A stretch of DNA of 64,000 nt from Candidatus Saccharimonadales bacterium (GCA_035480635.1 DATIHN010000016.1:76017-140016); one strand, 5' to 3'. Shown: positions 35,364 to 43,960, counted from the stretch's first letter. Notes: generated from the sequence alone by a model not told the origin. Translations and numbers: made by a program.

Positions 35364-37236
35364 GATCTTGTCGCTTAATTCCGGGGAGTCGGTGCGGCCG
35401 TAATCTTACCATAATAAGATAAGCCAAACCAAGTACGGCGCCAAGGGTGATGAGGCCGAGCGGCCAGTGGACAACCGAAACCGTTGCCTGGGCCATGACC
35501 AAACTGACAGCACCAGAGCTGCCCGTTAGTTGGGCAGTTTGGCTTTGATCGTGACCTAGGTCAAAACGAAAACGTCGAATGGTTTGACCGGGTGCCAAGT
35601 TACCGAAACCGACTTTATGATTTCCAACACTAACGCTATTGGCCGAGATGACCTGCTGGCTGGCATTACTCACACTGATCCGTTCCAGATTAATAAATGG
35701 CAAAATGCTATAGCGACTGAGGTGAAGCGAAACGGTTGCCAGCGTTTGTGGAGCCGCTTCGGCGTAGGTCAGGGTGGTTTGTTCGTATTGATAGCCAGTA
35801 TCCTGGCCGCCGGCCATCACCGGTACTGGCAGTTGATCGTTCCCACCCCAAACGGCAAAGGCAAAATGATCCAGATCGCTTTGACCAAATAGATCAAACT
35901 TTTCGCCCCACGTTGGATCCAGCGTCATCCAGCCAATGCCCGGCACGTAAGCCTCGACCCACGAATGCAAAGAATCGACTACGCTATCGGAAGCCTTTAA
36001 ATTGCCGCTGTAACCATAGCCAACTGGCATCCGAGCCGGAATGCCTTGGGCTCTAAGCAGCGCCACCAACAGATCCGAATATTCCAGACAAACCGCATTA
36101 GTCGGATTGGCTAAAGCTTTGGCTGCACCTTGGCGAATGTTGAATTTAATCTTGTCGGGGTTATAAGTTAAGTGATCAACCACATATTGGTAAGAGGCCC
36201 GAACGTTGTCGATGACCGGCGCATTAGGTTGGTTTATTTGTTTTGCTGCGGCCGCCACACTGCCATCGGTTTGCCAATACTTGGTACCCGCAGTATAAGT
36301 TTTGACCAAATCCGATGGGATATCGCTCTGCTTCCCGGAAGCCGCTAAGTTGTAATCTAGGTATTTGACCTCTCCCGTCACAAGCGTTTTGACAACCAAA
36401 TGGGTGCGGGCCGGCACGCGGTAGTCAGCCAAAATGTTGCCATCGGTATCCAATCGGGTACCAGCGGGCTTAGGATCAAGCGATTCAATTGTGATGTGTT
36501 GATTATTGAGGTTGGGTGGCAAGGTAATGGTCATGGTTTTGGCCAGTCTAGAATCATTATGAAGGGGGAAGTTAAAGTTGGCCTGATAGATCGTGGCATT
36601 GCCAAAACTAAGCGCTAGCGACTGGTTGGAAAGCGTTGATTGGTTAAAGTCGAAGTAGAGTCGGCCCGGCGAGGCTCCTGAGGCCGCCGGTTGAGCACCG
36701 CGAAAGTGGGGGGCGCCGAAGTCCTGTGGCACGTCGACTCTGGCAGTGTAGGCGCCAATACTAGCATCTTGGGCAATGGCCGGGACAAAGACGGTATGAG
36801 CACCACCATGGCTTTCGATTAAACCTGTGGCAGAATAACTCACCACAAAAGTCCAAGTTTTGCCGGAGCCAAAGTTCTGGCGAGGGAAGGCCAGCGTCAG
36901 TTGCTGGTAATTGTAAGGCACTCCGCTCTGGTTACTTTGGCTAGCTGCACTGGTTAAAGGGATATTGCCGCCATCGCTATAGTGAGCCTCGAGGCCGGAG
37001 ATAGTATCGACCGGTGTGGTTAGTTTGACTTGAGTTAAAAATTCCCGAGCCGTTTGGTTGGTAACGGTGTAAGTTTCCGTTACGGCCGTGGTAGTTGCAT
37101 TCTCCACCCGGTAAGTAATATGAGCGTTGAAGTTAAAGCTAGCCGCACTCGAAGTCCCGTGAGGCAAGATCGACGTAACCAACAAGGCCAAAGCTATTAG
37201 AACCGTAAATCGCCGAATCTGGGCTAGGACTTTCAC
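35356..37236 (-). CDS. secreted transglutaminase-like cysteine-protease-family protein with a C-terminal TM anchor
   Basis: Signal peptide. Transglutaminase-core region NAVCLEYSDLLVALLRAQGIPARMPVGYGY. C-terminal TM followed by a basic tail. Confidence 0.65.
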   Translation of the reverse strand: MKVLAQIRRFTVLIALALLVTSILPHGTSSAASFNFNAHITYRVENATTTAVTETYTVTNQTAREFLTQVKLTTPVDTISGLEAHYSDGGNIPLTSAASQSNQSGVPYNYQQLTLAFPRQNFGSGKTWTFVVSYSATGLIESHGGAHTVFVPAIAQDASIGAYTARVDVPQDFGAPHFRGAQPAASGASPGRLYFDFNQSTLSNQSLALSFGNATIYQANFNFPLHNDSRLAKTMTITLPPNLNNQHITIESLDPKPAGTRLDTDGNILADYRVPARTHLVVKTLVTGEVKYLDYNLAASGKQSDIPSDLVKTYTAGTKYWQTDGSVAAAAKQINQPNAPVIDNVRASYQYVVDHLTYNPDKIKFNIRQGAAKALANPTNAVCLEYSDLLVALLRAQGIPARMPVGYGYSGNLKASDSVVDSLHSWVEAYVPGIGWMTLDPTWGEKFDLFGQSDLDHFAFAVWGGNDQLPVPVMAGGQDTGYQYEQTTLTYAEAAPQTLATVSLHLSRYSILPFINLERISVSNASQQVISANSVSVGNHKVGFGNLAPGQTIRRFRFDLGHDQSQTAQLTGSSGAVSLVMAQATVSVVHWPLGLITLGAVLGLAYLIMVRLRPHRLPGIKRQDHD

Positions 37237-37322
37237 CTTATTATTCTATCAAACTGCTTGCGCTTTGCTTGACATTACGAAATCTGGAGTCATAATAAAG
37301 CATAAGAATTAAAAGAAACATT

Positions 37323-37910
37323 ATGCCAAAAACTAAAACCAAACCAAACGGATTCAATCTCGCGCGAAAGTTAAACTTTAGTAAGAGCCAGCTGGCCGCT
37401 ATCATTGCAGCCGGTGTGGCTATCGGCGGCTTTGTGGCTTATCAAACTTTTGCCGCCACAGTACCACCGTCAAATCTAAGGCAAACCATATCTGGTGGCG
37501 CTGGCGGAGGCGGTGTGACAACTATTAGCACATGGGTTATTAACACAGTTTCGGCCACTCCTTATGGGGCAGCCACACCAGCTCTTAACATGAAAAATTC
37601 TGATCCTCACTACTGGCAAACAGGCAATTGGAATTTTTCTACGGGGTTCAATAAAACATCCGACTACTTGAAGTCGCTAACAAGCGATGGGTGGCCCAAG
37701 TCAAACACGTTTCTTTGTGGTAATTCAAATAGCTACTTCTATGGCATGGGGCCACTGCAAACCCCCTACGGACCATTGTACTTTGGCCAAGTCTACCGGC
37801 TCTACAACAACAAGTGGCAAGTCAAATGGGCCAATTACAGCACTGTTACCAAAGGTTGTTCGACATCAACGAATTGGATGGACGTAACTCCTGGACCCGG
37901 GAACCTGTAA
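37323..37910 (+). CDS. secreted hypothetical protein, paralog A (conserved MPKTKTK leader)
   Basis: The N-terminal 45 aa are shared with the downstream gene at both protein and DNA level (first 22 nt identical). The C-terminus is Asn/Tyr/Trp-rich. Confidence 0.6.
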   Translation: MPKTKTKPNGFNLARKLNFSKSQLAAIIAAGVAIGGFVAYQTFAATVPPSNLRQTISGGAGGGGVTTISTWVINTVSATPYGAATPALNMKNSDPHYWQTGNWNFSTGFNKTSDYLKSLTSDGWPKSNTFLCGNSNSYFYGMGPLQTPYGPLYFGQVYRLYNNKWQVKWANYSTVTKGCSTSTNWMDVTPGPGNL

Positions 37911-37945
37911 TTCGATAATCCAGAAATAAGGAGGTTATTTACCTT

Positions 37946-38473
37946 ATGCCAAAAACTAAAACCAAATCGAACGGGTTAAATCTTACCAAGCGCTTAAACT
38001 TCAATAAGGGGCAGCTGATCGCTATCATTGTGGCTGGTGTGGTCATTGGCGGCTACGTGGCCTACAAAACCTTTGCGGCCGGTCCGGCCACAGTTACGGG
38101 CTGTAAAACTCGAGTTAATGACCCAACTTATGGGCCACTAATATATGTCCACTTTACGGTTCGAAAATATGACCCAGATATGAATATCGCAGTCGCTTAT
38201 AAAGCCGATAAGATTAAGACCTACAGTAACGGCTACGTTATTGATCGCTCGGGCAACTGGTCGATTATTCAGCAGAGCGGTTTTAACAGTAATAATCGAG
38301 CCTATATGAACGGTGTTGATGGCAGTGTTGTCGACGACCCCTACTGGGAAGTCGATCTATTTAAGCCTGGGTGGCATTGGGGGTCTTACGCTCACCATGT
38401 AAGTTGGTTACCGTTTTGCGGTACCAGTGGCTCGCCGAGGAACATCTACATCGACTGGGGTCATTCGACCTAG
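37946..38473 (+). CDS. secreted hypothetical protein, paralog B (conserved MPKTKTK leader)
   Basis: Same leader plus TM. Unrelated C-terminal domain. RBS AAGGAGG before the ATG. Confidence 0.6.
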   Translation: MPKTKTKSNGLNLTKRLNFNKGQLIAIIVAGVVIGGYVAYKTFAAGPATVTGCKTRVNDPTYGPLIYVHFTVRKYDPDMNIAVAYKADKIKTYSNGYVIDRSGNWSIIQQSGFNSNNRAYMNGVDGSVVDDPYWEVDLFKPGWHWGSYAHHVSWLPFCGTSGSPRNIYIDWGHST

Positions 38474-39384
38474 TCTTTTTTGCGAACTAGGCTAGGTAGG
38501 GGCGTGCGTTTTTCGCCCCCTTCCTTTTCGCCTTTATGAACATGGCCGCCCCATTTAGGCAGCAAGCTAGCGGCAAAGAGCAGGGCGCCAACAGCCGCCA
38601 ATCCGATCATGGTAAATAGTAAGCGCTGAGCTACACCGGCGGCCGATAGAGCCACCAGATTATTGACCGAAGTTGTCAGCGGGTTGCCGCTGCCAGCCTT
38701 GGCCAGCTGATGCGAGGCTAGGTTGGGTATCATTCTAAGCAGAAAGTAATAAGCGCCCAGCCAAGCTAGGGAGTAGATACAGCCGCGGCCCAGTGAGCGC
38801 CAGCGGTTGTGAGTAGCTGTTAAAACGACTAGAGCTGCCAGCACCAGGCTAGCCAGCGCCAGCAGCCATTTGCTCTGGGCGACGCGGCTAAGCCAGGGAC
38901 TGACGGTGGGATTGCGACTGGAGGCAGTTGAAGCTGGCGTTTGGTTGGAGCTAGAACCGTTGGTCGAATCTTGTTGAGCACCAGGTTGGATCATTAGCTT
39001 CTGACTCAGGCTAGCGGCTTGTTCGGCTGAAAGGTGAACTCCCAAAGATTCGACTTGCAGCACGATGCCGGATAGATCCAAGGTTGGCACCGTTCCACCC
39101 TGGCGATAGGTCTGCTCCAGTGCATGCAAATACTGATCAATATTGGTGCGCAGATATTGGGCCGTTACAACCTTAGTTAAGGCGGCTTGCAAAGTGGGGT
39201 CGCTCTGATTATCGGCGATGGCTTTGGGTAGTTGCTGGGCCAGAGTGTCATAAACCCCCGATTTATCGGCTTGAGCGGCCACAAAATCAGCCTTCAAAAT
39301 GGTTGAATCAAGGCAAAAGGCCATGATGGCACCAGACAAGCTGACAGCAAACAAGGCGATGAAAAATTTATTCAAGAAATTCAT
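38470..39384 (-). CDS. hypothetical polytopic membrane protein
   Basis: Start placed at MNFLNKFF, whose ATG overlaps the ksgA stop (ATGA coupling). Multiple TM helices. Confidence 0.55.
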   Translation of the reverse strand: MNFLNKFFIALFAVSLSGAIMAFCLDSTILKADFVAAQADKSGVYDTLAQQLPKAIADNQSDPTLQAALTKVVTAQYLRTNIDQYLHALEQTYRQGGTVPTLDLSGIVLQVESLGVHLSAEQAASLSQKLMIQPGAQQDSTNGSSSNQTPASTASSRNPTVSPWLSRVAQSKWLLALASLVLAALVVLTATHNRWRSLGRGCIYSLAWLGAYYFLLRMIPNLASHQLAKAGSGNPLTTSVNNLVALSAAGVAQRLLFTMIGLAAVGALLFAASLLPKWGGHVHKGEKEGGEKRTPLPSLVRKKD

Positions 39385-40220
39385 ACGAGGTTGTGGGCGG
39401 TGGCGGCTTGGTAGAGCCGGTGCCAATCGGCCAGAGCTAATTCTTGGGCCCGCTGAGTTGGGCTAACTTTGGCCTGACGTAAAACAGCCAGGATGACGCT
39501 AGAATCGGCGTTTAGTCCTCCGGCCAGGGCGTTTTTGAGTTGTTTGCGGCGCTCACCAAAACCGGCTTTTATCAAACGAAAGAGGCGAGTTGGTTCAGCC
39601 GGGAAAGCCTGTTGCGGGCGGCGATTTAAGCTCAGTACGGCCGAATCAACTTTGGGAGCCGGCCAAAACTTGTGCCTCTCAATCACCCCCACCATTTTAG
39701 CATAAGCGTAATATTGAACACTCAAAGCTAGGATCGACATTTGCCCGGGACTGGCCACGATCCGTTCGGCCACTTCTTTTTGGACCAAGATCGACATAGC
39801 AGCCGGTGGATTTGGGCTTTCTAATAACAACCGTAGTAATTTGGAGGTTAAATAGTAGGGGATGTTCGCCACCACTTTATAATCAGTTGGAAGCGTCTGG
39901 AGATTAAAAACCATGATGTCTCCTGAGACAATTGTTAGATTAGCGGGCGGTTGTTGACCCAGAATTTGGACCAAATCGGGATCGGCCTCAACGCAAGTCA
40001 CGGCCTTGGCCAGGGCACATATTTTAGAGGTTAAAAAGCCAATCCCCGGCCCGATTTCTAGGATCGTATCGCTGGTTTTGATGGTGGCAGCTGCCACAAC
40101 CATATCCAGGCTCGGTTCATCAATTAAAAAATTTTGACCCAAACTTTTTTTGGGGTGAATATTGGCCAAGCGAACAGCTAGTTCGGTGTTGTGATTTGAC
40201 GATAGGGGAGGCGGCTTCAT
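39381..40220 (-). CDS. rsmA: 16S rRNA (adenine1518/1519-N6)-dimethyltransferase RsmA/KsgA
   Basis: LGQNFLIDEPSLDMVV N-terminus. SAM-binding motif EIGPGIGFLT. NIPY motif. Confidence 0.9.
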   Translation of the reverse strand: MKPPPLSSNHNTELAVRLANIHPKKSLGQNFLIDEPSLDMVVAAATIKTSDTILEIGPGIGFLTSKICALAKAVTCVEADPDLVQILGQQPPANLTIVSGDIMVFNLQTLPTDYKVVANIPYYLTSKLLRLLLESPNPPAAMSILVQKEVAERIVASPGQMSILALSVQYYAYAKMVGVIERHKFWPAPKVDSAVLSLNRRPQQAFPAEPTRLFRLIKAGFGERRKQLKNALAGGLNADSSVILAVLRQAKVSPTQRAQELALADWHRLYQAATAHNLV

Positions 40221-40295
40221 CTCCCCTACTCTACCCTATTTAGGGTCTTTTAATAAGTTAAAGGCGGCTCCGTAGAGCCGCCGGTTGGTCGCTTT

Positions 40296-40604
40296 TCAGG
40301 CGACTTCTGGGCTGAGTTGGTTTTGCCGATGGTTATCGGCGATGGCTTCGCGCATCAGTCGACGACCCTCACAAGTCATGCGGAAACAGAGACCGTCGCC
40401 TTCTTCTAGGAACCCATTGATGACCAGTTCCCGAAGCACCTCTGGGGTGATGCCTCTGATCTCGGCCGCGTAGACACAGTGGTCGTCAAAGACCAGTATC
40501 CCGCCTCTGTCAGGCTTACACCATTGCAGCCAACCGTCACCCGGTTGGATGTAAAAGATCTCCAGCGCGGTTTGTTGGATCAATTCCTCGGTCAGTGCCA
40601 TCAT
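40296..40604 (-). CDS. small winged-helix-like protein (102 aa), paralog of the ORF at 40838-41161
   Basis: Start MMALTEEL overlaps the stop of an upstream 33-aa peptide (ATGATG/TGA). C-terminal GFLEEGDGLCFRMTCEGRRLMREAI resembles a wHTH wing (Y/FRxT..G..L). A Rho-independent terminator follows at 40264-40284. Confidence 0.45.
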   Translation of the reverse strand: MMALTEELIQQTALEIFYIQPGDGWLQWCKPDRGGILVFDDHCVYAAEIRGITPEVLRELVINGFLEEGDGLCFRMTCEGRRLMREAIADNHRQNQLSPEVA

Positions 40605-40702
40605 CGAACCGCCATGACGCGCTTGAAGCTGGCAACGGCGTAGATGGCCGAAATTGCCAGGGCTGATGCAGTACCTGCGACTGTCCACTTGACCACCTTC
40701 AT
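40601..40702 (-). CDS. putative 33-aa hydrophobic peptide MKVVKWTVAGTASALAISAIYAVASFKRVMAVR
   Basis: Strong RBS AGGGGGAAAC-ATG. Stop overlaps the next start. Confidence 0.3.
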   Translation of the reverse strand: MKVVKWTVAGTASALAISAIYAVASFKRVMAVR

Positions 40703-40712
40703 GTTTCCCCCT

Positions 40713-40823
40713 TCACTTGTGGAGTAAGCGCGGAAATCGCGGCTGATCGTTATCGAAGAAATCGATGATTGGTCCCAAAACCAATCCGACCGTCATAACC
40801 GCAGCCAGTGCCGCTACCGACAT
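40713..40823 (-). CDS. putative 36-aa hydrophobic peptide MSVAALAAVMTVGLVLGPIIDFFDNDQPRFPRLLHK
   Basis: GAGAGG RBS 10 nt upstream. Reading frame read manually. Below the ORF-track size cutoff. Confidence 0.3.
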   Translation of the reverse strand: MSVAALAAVMTVGLVLGPIIDFFDNDQPRFPRLLHK

Positions 40824-40837
40824 CACCAATTTGCCTC

Positions 40838-41161
40838 TCACGATCGCGCCTTAGAACGAACCGCCCTCTTGTGAGCTGCTTTGGTCATACGGTAATGGCA
40901 GTCCGGTTTGGCCTCCAAAACGCCGGCTTGTATCAGGTGAACGACAGGCCGCATTGTCATACTCAGCAGTAGTTCAGAACCGTCGTAGAAACCAGGGCCC
41001 TGCGGGCCGCTGTATATATAGCGGATGAGGGTGCCAGCAGGATGAGATGAGAAAAGTTGGATGATTTGACGTTCGGCGCCCTCGTCGCGCGGATCCTGGC
41101 TGGAATCAACCCCCGCATCACTCCACTCCACGCCGTCGTAATAGAAGCCCGAGGCCGTCAT
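40838..41161 (-). CDS. small winged-helix-like protein (107 aa), paralog of 40296-40604
   Basis: C-terminal …GVLEAKPDCHYRMTKAAHKRAVRS aligns with …GFLEEGDGLCFRMTCEGRRLMREA of the paralog. Confidence 0.45.
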   Translation of the reverse strand: MTASGFYYDGVEWSDAGVDSSQDPRDEGAERQIIQLFSSHPAGTLIRYIYSGPQGPGFYDGSELLLSMTMRPVVHLIQAGVLEAKPDCHYRMTKAAHKRAVRSKARS

Positions 41162-41164
41162 TGA

Positions 41165-41290
41165 TCAGCCCCTTCCTGAGTCATAGGCCGCCAGCGCATT
41201 CAAGAGCATGGCACTGGCGATCGAGCCAGCACCAACCAGGGCCAAACCGAAGATGCACGTTCGGGTAGTGATGATAAAGCCCTTCTTCAC
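41165..41290 (-). CDS. putative 41-aa hydrophobic peptide (GTG start) VKKGFIITTRTCIFGLALVGAGSIASAMLLNALAAYDSGRG
   Basis: GGGGGTAAAAA-GTG RBS. Stop TGA sits 4 nt before the ATG of the 107-aa gene (GGAAGGGGCTGATCAATG). Confidence 0.3.
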   Translation of the reverse strand: MKKGFIITTRTCIFGLALVGAGSIASAMLLNALAAYDSGRG

Positions 41291-41400
41291 TTTTTACCCC
41301 CATGCTACCGAATGGTATGCCAGCCATTGTGCAACTTTACAAATAAATAATCAAGACTTTTCGGATCCGAGAGCTTACCCTCGGATCCTAGTCACCACCC

Positions 41401-41721
41401 TTAAGCAGTGACGAAGCTGGCGGCCGGCACGTCGTAGGTCGAATGGTTGATCATCACTCGCCCCAAGTAGCGGTGGTACGGGCTGTAGCGACCAGGTTCG
41501 CGGGTGTGTTCAATCAGCAGACCATTCAGTCGGTAACCATCCGGCGCCACTAGCAATTGATCACAGTTGGCAACCAACTGGTCCGCGGTCCCAGCAATTT
41601 GGACTAAGAACTCATCCCCAGGCAACAGCCGAACTACGTCGACTGCCACTCTGACTGTTCCGAGCTTTGGCATGATCCGCCGACAGGCCGGCTCACTGCC
41701 CTTAACTAGAACTTGGGTCAC
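41401..41721 (-). CDS. hypothetical protein (106 aa)
   Basis: ORF only. Relatively high GC. No motif recognised. Confidence 0.45.
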   Translation of the reverse strand: MTQVLVKGSEPACRRIMPKLGTVRVAVDVVRLLPGDEFLVQIAGTADQLVANCDQLLVAPDGYRLNGLLIEHTREPGRYSPYHRYLGRVMINHSTYDVPAASFVTA

Positions 41722-41847
41722 TCTATCCCCTTTTGTTGGTACGAACTTAGATAAGTTACTTTGATTATATTCGGTTTTTGTTCGGTTTGTAAAGAGTTTT
41801 TCTCAAATAAATTTCCCTCACTCGGGAAGGCATTCTAACTTCTCTCC

Positions 41848-41925
41848 CCACCAATTTTTTATGTAAGCTCTTATTTCTTACCCCTGTAATACTTTGTATG
41901 GCCGTCGATACAAAAAAATTGGTGG
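41848..41925 (+). repeat. H1 hairpin repeat, copy a (forward)
   Basis: ccaccaattttttatgtaagc…[~40-nt loop]…cgatacaaaaaaattggtgg. A 13-14-bp stem including a 6-7-bp A:T run. Confidence 0.7.
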
Positions 41926-41951
41926 GGCTTGTTTCTTTTCTAGATCATCTT

Positions 41952-42004
41952 GAGCAGATTGCTCAGTCTATATCTCCCCTTACTTAGTTCTTCGCAATCT
42001 GCTG
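41952..42004 (+). repeat. H2 hairpin repeat, copy a (forward)
   Basis: gagcagattgc…[31-nt loop containing ctcccc]…gcaatctgctg. A 10-bp stem. Confidence 0.7.
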
Positions 42005-42055
42005 TTTGGATTTAATAAATACACTCTTCTAGCTGAGGTCTGAATTACTCCATTT

Positions 42056-42108
42056 AGCAGGTTGTGAGGGGTTTGGTAGTGGGAGAAAGTAAGCGAACAA
42101 CCTGCTCC
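42056..42108 (+). repeat. H2 hairpin repeat, variant copy b (reverse orientation, compensatory stem changes)
   Basis: cagcaggttg…gtagtgggagaaag…caacctgctc. A-to-G and T-to-C changes on opposite arms keep the stem paired. Confidence 0.65.
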
Positions 42109-42130
42109 TATTGATCCAAAAGATAAACTC

Positions 42131-42213
42131 CCCAGCCCATTTTTTTGTATCGACTAAGTTAGTAGTCGTAATGGGAGTATGAAGAGTCAGCTTACACAAA
42201 AAATGGGCTGGGG
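42131..42213 (+). repeat. H1 hairpin repeat, copy b (reverse orientation); it ends 20 nt downstream of the rpf stop
   Basis: cccagcccatttttttgtatcgac…gcttacacaaaaaatgggctgg. The ~100-nt block 42113-42215 is nearly identical to 50150-50252. Confidence 0.7.
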
Positions 42214-42232
42214 GGAGAAGTTAGTACCTGGT

Positions 42233-43387
42233 TTAAATAAGCCCGAGCTTGACGGAGCAGACCGGCCAGGGCGACCAGCCACGGCGGGCCTGAACGACTT
42301 TGGCAATCGCATCTTGAGTCGCGGGATCAGCGTCGCTTGGCAAACCGGTGCCGCCGTTTGATTGCCAGGTACCCAGATCGAACTGGTAGGCGCCATAATA
42401 ACCATTGCCGCTGTTACGGGTATAATTATTACCTGTTTCACAAACCCGCAAACGATACCAAACATCATCCCGAATCTTGGTACCGACATGAATCACTCGA
42501 TTGACGGGATTCACCAGATTGGCCACATTCAAAACTTGGCGCTGAACCTCAATGCCATCGTGATAATTAATTTTATAGGTCACATCGCGGCCGCCAACGC
42601 TACCTGCTTCGACCACTCGGCTCTCGCCCTGGTACATCGAATCATCACGAACGGTCTGAATATGATTAGCTAGATCCTCATGTTTAGTTACAACGACTTC
42701 CGTCACCCGAGTGATGGTAATGTTTTCGCCCGGCACAATTTGATTGCTCAATGGCACCGAGGTCGTATCTTGCTCCCCCATCGGTATGTGCTTTTCTTGC
42801 AATAAGCCAGCCACCGTAGTGGCTTGGGTCCGCAGTTGTCTAGTGGCGCCGTCAACGCTCAAGACCACTGGTTTGGCCCGTTTGACTACGACCTTTTCGC
42901 CCACCGTCCCATCGCCAACGAAGTTGGTCACGAAAGCATCGCTAAATTGGTCCTCGGGGTAGGTGTTAATCCCGGCATCCCCCGTGATCAAGCGCGGACT
43001 GCCATGCGGAGAATCAACCATCTTTTCGGTCGTGCCGTCTTGAACTAAAACTGGTCGGGCTCGGTACACGTTGATATTAAAGAAGCCAGTTGGAATTTGA
43101 GTGTTAGCAGCCGGCTCTACCAGATCGTGCGGTCCCAGTTTGGAATTTGTTCGCGCCAAAACTTCGCCCACGGTACTAGCGTCGGTCGTAAAGATGCGCT
43201 TTTGGCCATCCGCAAAGTAGCTAACCACCTTGGCCGAGTCGGCGTAGGCGCGACCCGTGGTGGGTAGTTTTCCGGCTAAGATTGCGTAAGTAACGATAAT
43301 GATGAGAATGCCGACCAAACCGTAGATGCGTGGTGCTGTCGGCACCCGGCCCCGGTGGGACCGATTGGTGTTGCCTAAAATCGACAA
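42233..43387 (-). CDS. resuscitation-promoting factor, RpfB-like (TM anchor, DUF348-like repeats, G5 domain, C-terminal Rpf transglycosylase-like domain)
   Basis: C-terminal WYRLRVCETGNNYTRNSGNGYYGAYQFDLGTW is the Rpf lysozyme-like signature with the catalytic Glu. TTG start. Confidence 0.75.
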   Translation of the reverse strand: MSILGNTNRSHRGRVPTAPRIYGLVGILIIIVTYAILAGKLPTTGRAYADSAKVVSYFADGQKRIFTTDASTVGEVLARTNSKLGPHDLVEPAANTQIPTGFFNINVYRARPVLVQDGTTEKMVDSPHGSPRLITGDAGINTYPEDQFSDAFVTNFVGDGTVGEKVVVKRAKPVVLSVDGATRQLRTQATTVAGLLQEKHIPMGEQDTTSVPLSNQIVPGENITITRVTEVVVTKHEDLANHIQTVRDDSMYQGESRVVEAGSVGGRDVTYKINYHDGIEVQRQVLNVANLVNPVNRVIHVGTKIRDDVWYRLRVCETGNNYTRNSGNGYYGAYQFDLGTWQSNGGTGLPSDADPATQDAIAKVVQARRGWSPWPVCSVKLGLI

Positions 43388-43528
43388 GCCTCTTAGTTAA
43401 ATCCAAGAGCTTTTGTTTCCACCTTTTTGTTTCTGTTAGTATCCTAGCAAAACCGCTCAGGCTGTCAACGCTTATCCACATGTTTTGACGATAATCAATA
43501 CTTTTAGTCAATATCTGATTGTAGGTAA

Positions 43529-43557
43529 TTGACTACATCTGGCTATTATGCTAAAGT
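43529..43557 (+). promoter_or_regulatory. sigma70-like promoter (TTGACT-17-TAAAGT)
   Basis: The ORF-track TTG start at 43529 coincides with the -35 hexamer, so the CDS start was moved downstream. Confidence 0.4.
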
Positions 43558-43594
43558 AATGCCAAGTCGCAAAGTCCAATTTCGATCAAGGGGA

Positions 43595-43960
43595 ATGAAG
43601 TTGACTGATGCAACCGAAGCCGTCGAAATCATCGAGGGTCGTGGCCCAGAAGAGATTGAACGTGTCATCGACAAGCACCTAGGTACAGCGCCACCGCTCT
43701 ACTACTGCAATGATCAGATCAGTGTCTTAGTTGTGGCTCGTACCAGTCAACCTGATGACGGACGCACGTGGCACCCAGCCAAAACATCCCGATCCGATGA
43801 GAAGACACAGTCGGCGAGGGTTGCCTCTGCCATCATCTCTGAGTTCAGAGCCCAACCAGAGGAATTTTTCTTCGAAGCCAAGGCCGAGGAAGTAGCTGGG
43901 AGTCCAGCACTCTGTTTTACCCGTCGGAACGTCGCAAAAGATCTGCGGGTCGTTGAATAA
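43595..43960 (+). CDS. small hypothetical protein, paralog 1 (121 aa from MKLTDATEAV)
   Basis: Shares …GTAPPLYYCNDQISVLVVARTSQPDDGRTWH with the downstream gene (…RTAPLRFAIDRELGVLVTEAAGNEAPDDSRQWV). Confidence 0.5.
   Translation: MKLTDATEAVEIIEGRGPEEIERVIDKHLGTAPPLYYCNDQISVLVVARTSQPDDGRTWHPAKTSRSDEKTQSARVASAIISEFRAQPEEFFFEAKAEEVAGSPALCFTRRNVAKDLRVVE

Noticed and set aside
41848-42215. Interpretation of the hairpin repeats as integron attC sites or a CRISPR array
   Set aside because: There are no GTTRRRY/RYYYAAC core sites and no integrase nearby. The repeats are not short direct repeats separated by unique spacers of constant length, and no cas genes are present.
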